Part shown: in pieces, positions 7,596 to 15,489 of the stretch
Layout of the letters: every line of letters starts with the position of its first letter
Numbering within the stretch: the stretch's first letter is position 1
From: a virus
Taxonomy: Duplodnaviria; Caudoviricetes
DNA length: 30,128 nucleotides
Virus record (IMG/VR): IMGVR_UViG_3300032143_000010
Coordinates: 1 to 30,128 of that record
Strand: one strand, 5' to 3'
Made by a program: the position numbers and the translations under genes
Notes under the pieces: generated by a model
Seen by the model: the letters and a program-made list of their open reading frames with translations, nothing else
Told to the model about the DNA's origin: nothing
Database searches by the model: none

Positions 7596-8852
7596 TTAGT
7601 GTTCCGGAAGAATTTCAACTCCCTCACTGGTGGGCACGATGAAGCGCCCCCCCCCTTCAATCCACTGGGAATTCTTGGAGATGATCTCGTCGGTGAAAGC
7701 CCACGCGAACAGGATTGCGTAGCCGGGGCGGTCCCGGAGCAGGGCGCCCTCGTCGGTGATCGGGATGTCGCTGCCGGGAGAATACTTCCACTGCTTCTGC
7801 GGGGTGTTGTCGCAGATGAACGCCACCTCCGTCCGCCTGAACTTGCAGGCGTTGACCCAGACGGTGCTCTTGGCGGCAGCCCCATACCCACAAACGAGTT
7901 TCCCGTGATTAACCACCCTCTCCACAACCTCGCGCAAACTCTTGATTTTACGAGCGCAATCTGTCTGAAAACGCTTCCAATCATCCACGGTGATATTTTC
8001 ATCCTCGATGAATTCCTCCACGATTTTCCGGTTCGGAAACGGCGATCCGCGTTTGCGGAGGAATAGCACGATACTCCCGCCGTGAATCGAAACACGGACG
8101 ATGTTGACGATCTCGAATCTTGTCCTCCGCAGCAATGCCGCCATCGCCCTTAACGTCAGATAACTCAGGTGTTCATGATAGCACTGGTCGAATTCCAAAC
8201 CCCGCAACGTATCACCGCAGTAGGGAACCTCGATCACCACGCATCCCGATTCCGTCGTGCAAATCTCGCAGGCTTGCATGAAACCCAGCCAGTCGTCTGC
8301 ATGACAAAAGACGTGACGGGCGATGATGCAGTCAAACGGCCCGATCTTCCCGGCAATCTCTGGATCGAATACCGCCGGTACGGTCGGAACGCCCTGCGCC
8401 TCGGCCAGCTTCACGAGGTTCATGGCCGGGTCAATTCCAAGAACCCTCTCGGCCCCGTTCGCTTTGATGTACGCCAGAAAATCTCCGTCGTTGCTCCCGA
8501 TCTCCAGAACCTCCTTCGGAGCACACTCCTCCCGGATGGCCTTCCACAGATGCTCGAAATGCCGGCGCATCGTCTCGCTCTTGGACGTGACGTAGTTGTA
8601 CTTCGAGTACAGAATCTCCGGCCTCACCACGACGCTCAGTTGCGCCAGGGTGCAGTTCGGACAGTAGAGAACTTCCAGCGGCGCAAAGCCGGAGCGTTCC
8701 TCGGTTTCGTTGCAGAAATCATTGGCGAGGGGTTGCAGGCCCAGATCAAAGACGGGCAGAAGCCGCTGGGTGAACGGCTGGCATTTGCTTCCGGGTGCAT
8801 TGGGGTTTGTGCCGTAACCGCAGGCGCGGCAGACTGTGTGTGGTTTATACAT
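7596..8852 (-). CDS. NDP-hexose 3-C-methyltransferase family (TylCIII/TcaB9-like)
   Basis: Start at ATG 8852 (MYKPHTVCRACG). Zn ligands CRAC...CPNC, DLGLQPLANDF, SAM motif LEIGSNDG, HVFCH, FDQCYHEH, YGAAAK, KQWKYSPGSDIPI, GGRFIVP. Confidence 0.92.
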   Translation of the reverse strand: MYKPHTVCRACGYGTNPNAPGSKCQPFTQRLLPVFDLGLQPLANDFCNETEERSGFAPLEVLYCPNCTLAQLSVVVRPEILYSKYNYVTSKSETMRRHFEHLWKAIREECAPKEVLEIGSNDGDFLAYIKANGAERVLGIDPAMNLVKLAEAQGVPTVPAVFDPEIAGKIGPFDCIIARHVFCHADDWLGFMQACEICTTESGCVVIEVPYCGDTLRGLEFDQCYHEHLSYLTLRAMAALLRRTRFEIVNIVRVSIHGGSIVLFLRKRGSPFPNRKIVEEFIEDENITVDDWKRFQTDCARKIKSLREVVERVVNHGKLVCGYGAAAKSTVWVNACKFRRTEVAFICDNTPQKQWKYSPGSDIPITDEGALLRDRPGYAILFAWAFTDEIISKNSQWIEGGGRFIVPTSEGVEILPEH

Positions 8853-8853
8853 A

Positions 8854-9546
8854 TTACGAAGGGCTTGAATCAAGCGCCCACAAGACCGTGTGCGCGGGTC
8901 CGCCAAAATGGTTCACAAAAGCGTGCGGGTCGGGCTGGAACGGAGGCCAGGCAATCATGGTGTTCCACTCGATAGAAAGGATCGAAATTCTGATGCCCGG
9001 CCAGTTGTAGGCGACCAGGTTGATTGTGGCCTGTTCCTCATACATAGCCAACTGGTTATCCAGATTGACCGGCTCGTGATCGTAAGCGAACGCCATCATC
9101 TCGCGGACGGCATAAGACTGTTGACACATCCAGAAGCCCGCATTGAAGAATTCCTCCATCGGCGGCAGTTTGGGACTTCCCCCGAAGCGCCCCGAGCATC
9201 TGGCTGCACATGCGGAAAGGGGCTTGTGATAGGCCACTTCTCTCCAATCGTCCTGCCGGCATTGAGGCTGGTAATCGGACACAGCGTACAGGGTGTCTGG
9301 CTGGACGCAGAGGTCAAACACGTTTGGCGCGTGAGTGGAAATCACCGTGTCAGCATCAAAACAAGCCACGGCGTCATAGGCAGCCAGGCGGGCAGCCCCA
9401 AGCGTCTTCGCGCAACTCGGGTATGCCAGGACCGGAGCAAGTATCTCGTGATAATCACAATCCCATCTCTGCGCCGCGGCGATGAACGAGTTGCGAGAAT
9501 GGGGTCTCAGAAACGCATTGATGTTGACGGTAAAGATGCAGTTCAT
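8854..9546 (-). CDS. GT-A glycosyltransferase (GT8-like)
   Basis: DxD motif FDADTVI, FFNAGFWM, EEQATIN, WN, VNHFGG. Confidence 0.8.
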   Translation of the reverse strand: MNCIFTVNINAFLRPHSRNSFIAAAQRWDCDYHEILAPVLAYPSCAKTLGAARLAAYDAVACFDADTVISTHAPNVFDLCVQPDTLYAVSDYQPQCRQDDWREVAYHKPLSACAARCSGRFGGSPKLPPMEEFFNAGFWMCQQSYAVREMMAFAYDHEPVNLDNQLAMYEEQATINLVAYNWPGIRISILSIEWNTMIAWPPFQPDPHAFVNHFGGPAHTVLWALDSSPS

Positions 9547-10511
9547 AGTCGGTAAAATTCCTCAACGTATCCATCGCGCATCATAAAAGGCGCACGGTAA
9601 ACCAATCTGAATCCTCCATGACGATTGATCGCCGAACGCACACTGCTTTGCGTTGTTCCGCCTAGCGGCTGATTGCTTTCGTGGTTGCAGGAATAAAACA
9701 TGCCGTGCTCGGATAGACATTCGTGAATGAATCTGATGTAACCATCCTGATTGGCGAGGGTCATTTCAGGAAGGCTGTTGACGTTCACCATGAGATCGTA
9801 TTGTGACTTTGCCGGCTCATAGTCAAAGCACGAATACCAGCGGAACACTGCGCTGGGATTTGGCGGTTCACCATCCAACCACATGATGCCTTCTCCCAGT
9901 GCTTTCGCCAGAAAGTATGCCGACAGCACGGCAGTAGTGGGAATGTCAATGATCGTGTAATCCCTGACGCCGTGGCTGAACGCCGCCAAAGCAAATCCAC
10001 CCGTTCCGGCGCCTATCTCCAGGATTCGTTTCGGCGGCGGATTGATGAGGGATGAAACGGTGAACCACTGAGCCAACTTTGAAAGATATGTGTAGGGAAT
10101 ACACTTGCTGTTGTCTTTCAAAAGAAAACCGTCTGGAACACGGATTGGGCCAAGAACTTCTTCGATCTGTCTTTTCAATTCCAGCCCATCCTTGGGATTC
10201 CAATTTTCGTCGGGACTTGGATTCAGGGGATGCTGGATGGGGACAACTCCAATGCGCCGGGCCAATCTAGGAAAGTAATCGGTGGTAATTGTTTTTCCAA
10301 AGTATTCAGGTATTGGGGTGTCCAACCCATGCAAAGATGTTATGGTACTTGGAGGGGAATCAAAAATCGCCTGAACAGCACAAATATCCCCCCGCTCCAA
10401 GGCATCGTTAAGCGTCCTTCCAAAGTATTGTAAAATACCGGCCCACATTTCCGATATTTCACCCGCCGTGGCAGATGACCTTTTGTAGAAGTTTATCAGG
10501 CGTTGAATCAT
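9543..10511 (-). CDS. Putative sugar O-methyltransferase
   Basis: Start at ATG 10511 (ATGA overlap with the rSAM stop). ILEIGAGTGG, YTIIDIP...LSAYFL, DLMVNVNSLPEM, GMFYSCNHE, R-x-PFMMRDGYVEEFY. Confidence 0.8.
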   Translation of the reverse strand: MIQRLINFYKRSSATAGEISEMWAGILQYFGRTLNDALERGDICAVQAIFDSPPSTITSLHGLDTPIPEYFGKTITTDYFPRLARRIGVVPIQHPLNPSPDENWNPKDGLELKRQIEEVLGPIRVPDGFLLKDNSKCIPYTYLSKLAQWFTVSSLINPPPKRILEIGAGTGGFALAAFSHGVRDYTIIDIPTTAVLSAYFLAKALGEGIMWLDGEPPNPSAVFRWYSCFDYEPAKSQYDLMVNVNSLPEMTLANQDGYIRFIHECLSEHGMFYSCNHESNQPLGGTTQSSVRSAINRHGGFRLVYRAPFMMRDGYVEEFYRL

Positions 10512-11560
10512 AGATTCCATTTGTCGAAGCTCACCAGGTTGGTGTAAAGGTTGAACCGATACCGCAAACATTCCTTGCACAAAGGATGCCCCTTCCGGGC
10601 GTCGCTCATTTGCTGCTGCGTCATGTCAAGATAGTTCCCAATGTCAAGACGGCGATCCTGTTCGATGGCGCACAGCGTCACTTTTCCGTCCCAACGAATG
10701 TAGCAGCCAATGTCCTTGATCGGGCACTCCTCCGGGATGGGCCACATGGAGTAGAATGCCCTTGCCCATTTGGGTGAGAAGATGAGCCTTTGAATCTGTT
10801 CCTGATATTGCCGTGTTGGCGTTGACAGAATTTCGTTCCAATCAAAACCCCTGGCACACTTGTCCATCGTTGGAACGCCGCCGGTTTCCAGCTTCTCCTG
10901 ACTGCGCAGGTAGGCAAGGGTGTTTTCAAGCGAAATGGCGCGGGCGGGTGACGGTTGCCATTCAAATCCAAGGCCGGTGCAGAATTTCCTGGCCTCCTCG
11001 ATTTCCCCGCGATTGTCTGTGTAAATGTGAAAGTTCGCAATGACTCGAATGGGATGTTTTTCGCGCAAGAAGGCCACTTTGAGCAGGTTGGCTTTTACCT
11101 TTTCAATGTCGCCGCCGCAATGCGAACGCGCATACGTCTCCTGTTTCCATCCACTGAAACCGACGAGCAGGAAAAGCGGTTTCGCCGCCATTGTTTCCTC
11201 CAGGCGTTGCACGTAGTTCAAGTTGGAAGAAAGCTCGAATTTCAACCCCCGCCGGTTGGCGGCGGCAATGATTTCTGGCAGCCACGGATACAGGAACGGC
11301 TCCGAGTTTCCGTAACATCGGATCGTCGCATGAGGATTCTCGGTCTGAATCTTGTCGTATATCCTCTCAACAAGTTCCACTGACATCCTGCCGTGAGGGT
11401 TCTCGTAGTTTGCCGTGTTTCCGGCGAAGCACAGCCCGCATCTCAGATTGCACCGGCTGTCCACTTCCAGATGAAACCAGCGGCAGATCGTGGTTTCATC
11501 TGGCTTCATTGGGCAGACAGTTTCGTAATAGGGCCTCCAGTTTTCGGGTATGTCTTTCAT
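10508..11560 (-). CDS. Radical SAM protein with SPASM/twitch domain
   Basis: CNLRCGLC (CX3CX2C), SEPFL, LSSNLN, and C-terminal CPIKDIGCYIRWDGKVTLC...IGNY...CKEC. Confidence 0.9.
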   Translation of the reverse strand: MKDIPENWRPYYETVCPMKPDETTICRWFHLEVDSRCNLRCGLCFAGNTANYENPHGRMSVELVERIYDKIQTENPHATIRCYGNSEPFLYPWLPEIIAAANRRGLKFELSSNLNYVQRLEETMAAKPLFLLVGFSGWKQETYARSHCGGDIEKVKANLLKVAFLREKHPIRVIANFHIYTDNRGEIEEARKFCTGLGFEWQPSPARAISLENTLAYLRSQEKLETGGVPTMDKCARGFDWNEILSTPTRQYQEQIQRLIFSPKWARAFYSMWPIPEECPIKDIGCYIRWDGKVTLCAIEQDRRLDIGNYLDMTQQQMSDARKGHPLCKECLRYRFNLYTNLVSFDKWNL

Positions 11561-13077
11561 CGCATTATTCTTCCGTTTCTGTCAAAACCAGCGTGAGTGA
11601 TGTTGTCCGTGATAAAAGAGATGTCAACCTTGGTCCTGGCATCAAGGTCGCGCCAATGGTCCGAAAATCTCCACCAAACCAGCATGTTGCTTTGGTCCCC
11701 CCTACGAAATATATTGGGGGGCTTTCTCCAATCCCACCATTCATATTCCCCATCCCACGTCACAAACAGCGCGCGTTTTCCAATCGAATGAACGAATTTC
11801 CAGAATGTCCGTTCGGGATGGCGCTTGTCCTGCTCGAAGCTGTATCGGTCTGCGTTACAGGTTACAGGCCAGGGATAACTTGCGAGCAAAATCGGGTCAC
11901 ACCAAAATGTCCCAGTGTTCAGATGCGGCATTTCCTGATATGAAGTGCTGGACCCATAAACGCCCGGCCCATGCTTGAGTCTGGCTTGGACCATGCGCTC
12001 CATCCAACCCTTGCGCCACAAATAGGTGTACGATCCGAAACAGATTGTCAGTGCCGCGATGGATTGTTTTGCGACTGCGATGAACGCACCGAGGTCGTAA
12101 CCCGAATTGTCATGCTCAAAAAACTTCACTTTGGGAAGTGACCCAAACAATCTGCGCGCACCTTCTGTAATTGGCGCTCCATTGCATACGATGACTGTGC
12201 TGTGAGGATATTCCGGTGGAAAACGATGATACGACTCAATGAATTTGCTGGCTAAATCGTAGTACTTTCCTTCAGTGCGAACCAGTCCTGGTTTTTCTTC
12301 CTCGACCACTTCTCCGCCGTCCAAGGGGTAGATGTAAACGAGTTCTATTGCCGGCGCGGTATCCGGCCAATAGCCAAGGTCTGGAACGGACGGAGACAAG
12401 GTCCGCCCGACCGGAGGCGCTTCGCTACTCGCAATCATGTCCCAGCCTGTCTTGTACTTCACCGGGCAATCCTTGCGCCCGTGAAAGCCAAACGAGGGCC
12501 TGGTGTTCCCCAGTATCTCCGTTGAGAACCGCAGGGCTACCTCCGTCGGAGCGAAACGAATCCCCTGGCGCTCCAGTTGAGCGCGAAATAGATGACAGAC
12601 GCAGAGATCGGACGGATACGCCAGATTTACAGGAATTGAAAGTTTCAGCTTCAGGTCGAGCAACTTCTTGGATTCCATGCAGAACCCTCCATTGCCAACC
12701 CGGCCGTCCGGCCACGGGGCGCCGATGTAATCATAGGCCATGAAGTCGTCAGACCAAAGCTCAGGGGAGATCGGGAACCCGTCCTCGTGAACCGACATTG
12801 CGAATGCCGTGTGAATCTTCTTCGGGACAGAGCACATGTGAAACCGATTCCACTCCTTGATCGTCAGATTCGGAATTCGCTCGACGCGCCAGTGAGCCGG
12901 GGCCGATGGAGGGGCCAGGTGGGTCAGCAGGAGAACCTCGTCAAACTCAAAGTGCCGCTCGCAGAACTTCAAGACGCGGATCGTCCGGCTCAGGTACTCG
13001 GCGTCATTGTGCGCGCAGGACCAGAGTGTCACGCCCTTCAGGCGGCGCCGCTGTTTCTGGATGACAGTCGAAGTCAC
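11557..13077 (-). CDS. DUF5672-like GT-A domain fused to a second glycosyltransferase-like domain
   Basis: N-terminal half VHEDGFPISPELWSDDFMAYDYIGAPW...VGNGGF...ALRFSTE...FGFHG. C-terminal half IVCNG...HDNSGYDLGAF...PHLNTGTFW resembles rhamnan-synthesis-type GTs. Confidence 0.75.
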   Translation of the reverse strand: MTSTVIQKQRRRLKGVTLWSCAHNDAEYLSRTIRVLKFCERHFEFDEVLLLTHLAPPSAPAHWRVERIPNLTIKEWNRFHMCSVPKKIHTAFAMSVHEDGFPISPELWSDDFMAYDYIGAPWPDGRVGNGGFCMESKKLLDLKLKLSIPVNLAYPSDLCVCHLFRAQLERQGIRFAPTEVALRFSTEILGNTRPSFGFHGRKDCPVKYKTGWDMIASSEAPPVGRTLSPSVPDLGYWPDTAPAIELVYIYPLDGGEVVEEEKPGLVRTEGKYYDLASKFIESYHRFPPEYPHSTVIVCNGAPITEGARRLFGSLPKVKFFEHDNSGYDLGAFIAVAKQSIAALTICFGSYTYLWRKGWMERMVQARLKHGPGVYGSSTSYQEMPHLNTGTFWCDPILLASYPWPVTCNADRYSFEQDKRHPERTFWKFVHSIGKRALFVTWDGEYEWWDWRKPPNIFRRGDQSNMLVWWRFSDHWRDLDARTKVDISFITDNITHAGFDRNGRIMR

Positions 13078-13532
13078 GGATTGGCTCGCTTCGCCTCAAG
13101 TTGTTTCAGGTGCCAGTGAAGCACTTTCTCCGCCCACGATCCCAGAACCGGATACTCGTGTGGCATATCCTCCGCGCTGCGCCGCAGATAAAAGGAAATG
13201 GCGTTCTCAATCTCAGCCGGCGTGTAGCTCTCCTCACGCTCGGGAGGGCCGGGAAGATCGGCGTCGTGAATCCCGAGAATGTCCAGCGTGCTGACAATCT
13301 CCGTGCCGTCGCCAAGCTTATGGCTCCCGGTTTTCTCCAGGGTGACGCGATCCCCGATTTTGACTTGGCCCGGCACTTTGGGACCGCTCCCCAGGAGCAC
13401 AACGTCCGCCTCGAACGTCTGCCCCTTTCCACGAGCGCGGCGAGGGAGGAAGATAAGTCTTGAGGCCGTTGTCTCCGGTTCCTCGATGCGACGAATGACG
13501 ATGCGGTTTCCGAGTAGTTTGGTTATGGTCAT
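13074..13532 (-). CDS. groES: GroES-like co-chaperonin with C-terminal extension
   Basis: KLLGNRIVIRRIEEPETTASRLIFLP...VVLLGSG...VKIGDRV...DILGI matches the GroES pattern PLxDRVIV...KSAGGIVL...VLAVGxG...VKVGD...DILA. About 60 extra C-terminal residues. Confidence 0.8.
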   Translation of the reverse strand: MTITKLLGNRIVIRRIEEPETTASRLIFLPRRARGKGQTFEADVVLLGSGPKVPGQVKIGDRVTLEKTGSHKLGDGTEIVSTLDILGIHDADLPGPPEREESYTPAEIENAISFYLRRSAEDMPHEYPVLGSWAEKVLHWHLKQLEAKRANP

Positions 13533-13649
13533 GGTTCAGTCAGATGTGGTGTTGTTCTGTTATTTGTCTTTGCGCGGGTGAGCTTGGTCGTTAGACCGCC
13601 TGGCGAGTGCCGCCTTGATGTGTTGTCATAAATCGTGGCCGTCAGACGA

Positions 13650-13847
13650 CTACGGACGCGCCACCGCGACCATGCCACCCATCTCCACCACGACCGCTTG
13701 CCCGCCGTTGGCACACATCCTCACTACCTCACAGAGGCACCATTCGCGATATGTTACATTCCCGTATTGGGATTGCAGCATTGATTTTGGGTCTCCCCAG
13801 ACTGTGATGTTTTTCCTGGTATCCAATGTTTGTTTTGTTGTTGTCAT
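13650..13847 (-). CDS. Small hypothetical protein
   Basis: 65 aa, ATGA-coupled to the GT4 stop. Confidence 0.55.
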   Translation of the reverse strand: MTTTKQTLDTRKNITVWGDPKSMLQSQYGNVTYREWCLCEVVRMCANGGQAVVVEMGGMVAVARP

Positions 13848-14884
13848 ATCATTTCAAATTCCTCCAGCACGCAGGCCAGCGACAAATTCGACGCCTCCCA
13901 ACTCAGGTGCGCAACCTTCTGTGAGGCGACGATGCCGATGTAGGTGATGTCTGTGGGGTCCGACTTGGCAACCGCCCGCATACACTCGATCAGGGATTCC
14001 TCCGTCGGCTCGGCCCAGTGCCCGCAACCCGCGTAAGCGTCTCTGGCGGGTTTGAGCTTGAAATCCAGTGCCCAACCCATGTCCGACTCGAAAAACTCCG
14101 CCACGCCCCCAAAGCGGACGGAAATGAGGGGTCTGCCGACGGCGAGAGATTGCAACTGCATCAGACCAAATCCCTCCCCCTTGGCCGCGGACACGAAGCA
14201 CGTCAGGCTCTTGAACCATGCCGCAACCTGCTCGTCGGTCCAGTATTCCTGGTGAATCAGAATCCGAGGATCGTCCACCTTCTTGATGGGACAATCCGAC
14301 CACGCCTTGACCTCCAGCCGGACGTTGGATTCGTCAGGGAATGCACGGCTGAAAGCGTCAATGACTTCGTTCAGGCCCTTGCGGATTCCACCGCTGGCCA
14401 TTCTCCCAGCCGCTCCGAACCGAATGACGCGCGGAAAGTCGGCGGGCATCTCGGAGTACTTGAAGATGTCGCTCAGGATTCCCAAGGGAACGACGCGAAT
14501 CGGCTTCTTCACACCGACCGCGCTCAGGCAGGACGCATTCCACCAGCACGGCACAATCACAACCTCGGCCCGGTTCAGCAGGTGAACCCCCATCGGGGGA
14601 GGCTTCGTGGTCTCGATCATGGTGAAGTAGGCCGTTTTCTTTCCGGGCGTCGGCACAAAGTTTGGGGTATGAAGCAACAGTTCCCACTCCTCGGGCTGGG
14701 GACCCGTCACGAATCGCTGCTTGATGTCGAGTGGGATTTTTGAACCGAACAGTTCGGACTGAGTGATGGGCCGGATCGCAACATAAACGTCCAGCAGCCG
14801 GCTCAGGTCGCGCACAATCTGAATCGAGTGCTTGCCAAACCCCATGAAGGCGTTGATGTCGCCGAGGAACGTGAGGCGCTTCAT
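13844..14884 (-). CDS. GT-B glycosyltransferase (GT4-like)
   Basis: GFGKHS, FTMIETTK, VVIVPCWWN, VVPLGI, RKGLNEVIDAF, FVSAAKGEGFGLMQLQSLAVGRPLI. Confidence 0.88.
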   Translation of the reverse strand: MKRLTFLGDINAFMGFGKHSIQIVRDLSRLLDVYVAIRPITQSELFGSKIPLDIKQRFVTGPQPEEWELLLHTPNFVPTPGKKTAYFTMIETTKPPPMGVHLLNRAEVVIVPCWWNASCLSAVGVKKPIRVVPLGILSDIFKYSEMPADFPRVIRFGAAGRMASGGIRKGLNEVIDAFSRAFPDESNVRLEVKAWSDCPIKKVDDPRILIHQEYWTDEQVAAWFKSLTCFVSAAKGEGFGLMQLQSLAVGRPLISVRFGGVAEFFESDMGWALDFKLKPARDAYAGCGHWAEPTEESLIECMRAVAKSDPTDITYIGIVASQKVAHLSWEASNLSLACVLEEFEMI

Positions 14885-15345
14885 TTGCGTGGTTTTACCA
14901 GCCTCACCTTGCAGTTCTCAATGGACAATCCAAGATGCCCGGCAAGTTGGTTAATGGAATCTAGGTTAATGGCCTCGCATTCCTCAGACCATTTCGTCCA
15001 CCGGCGAAGTTCGTCTTGCCCGTTTTTTATGATCTCTGGAAGACTGATATTCCGCAGGTGCTCCACGGTTGATTCGAGTTCCTTCACCCGAGAGGTCAGT
15101 AGCGAAATGTCAACTTCCTGTTGATTTGGTCCGAATAGGCTCATGTTTTTTGATGGGTTAGACTCTGCGGCGAATAGGCAAAAGGCTGATCCGCCGATCA
15201 AGCCCAATCCTAAAAGCCCAACCAACGCCGTTATTAGGATGGGCACGGTCACGTTGCCATTGAACAGCTTCAGTGTGGCGATGATAGTCAGAGTGCTGAT
15301 AGTCAGCACGCAGAACAAGTTGATGATTTTGATGTATGGTTTCAT
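14881..15345 (-). CDS. Membrane protein, two N-terminal TM helices plus coiled coil
   Basis: Hydrophobic IINLFCVLTISTLTIIATL and VPILITALVGLLGLGLIGGSAFCLF, then LTSRVKELESTVEHL. Confidence 0.6.
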   Translation of the reverse strand: MKPYIKIINLFCVLTISTLTIIATLKLFNGNVTVPILITALVGLLGLGLIGGSAFCLFAAESNPSKNMSLFGPNQQEVDISLLTSRVKELESTVEHLRNISLPEIIKNGQDELRRWTKWSEECEAINLDSINQLAGHLGLSIENCKVRLVKPRK

Positions 15346-15351
15346 GGTTGC

Positions 15352-15489
15352 TTATGGTTTCTCTTTGTTCCACCGTTTTCTCGACAGCTTGCGCATTCGC
15401 TTGGAACGCTCGGCCTTGCTCATGTGGCGCCAACGCTTGCGACCGCCTTGGGCGCCGTAGCGTTTGAAGACGTCGAAATCCGGGTTCAC
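15352..15489 (-). CDS. Small basic protein (GxxGG...ER...RW type), 45 aa
   Basis: Not in the ORF track. GTG overlaps the DHH stop (GTGA). Translates to MNPDFDVFKRYGAQGGRKRWRHMSKAERSKRMRKLSRKRWNKEKP and fills the gap. Confidence 0.7.
   Translation of the reverse strand: MNPDFDVFKRYGAQGGRKRWRHMSKAERSKRMRKLSRKRWNKEKP

Noticed and set aside
13529-13714. 61-aa track ORF and an attC-like half-site GTCTAAC (minus strand, 13590..13596)
   Set aside because: The ORF overlaps the upstream gene and looks non-coding. The RYYYAAC has no matching GTTRRRY or pairing arm downstream, and there is no integrase, so an integron cassette is unsupported.
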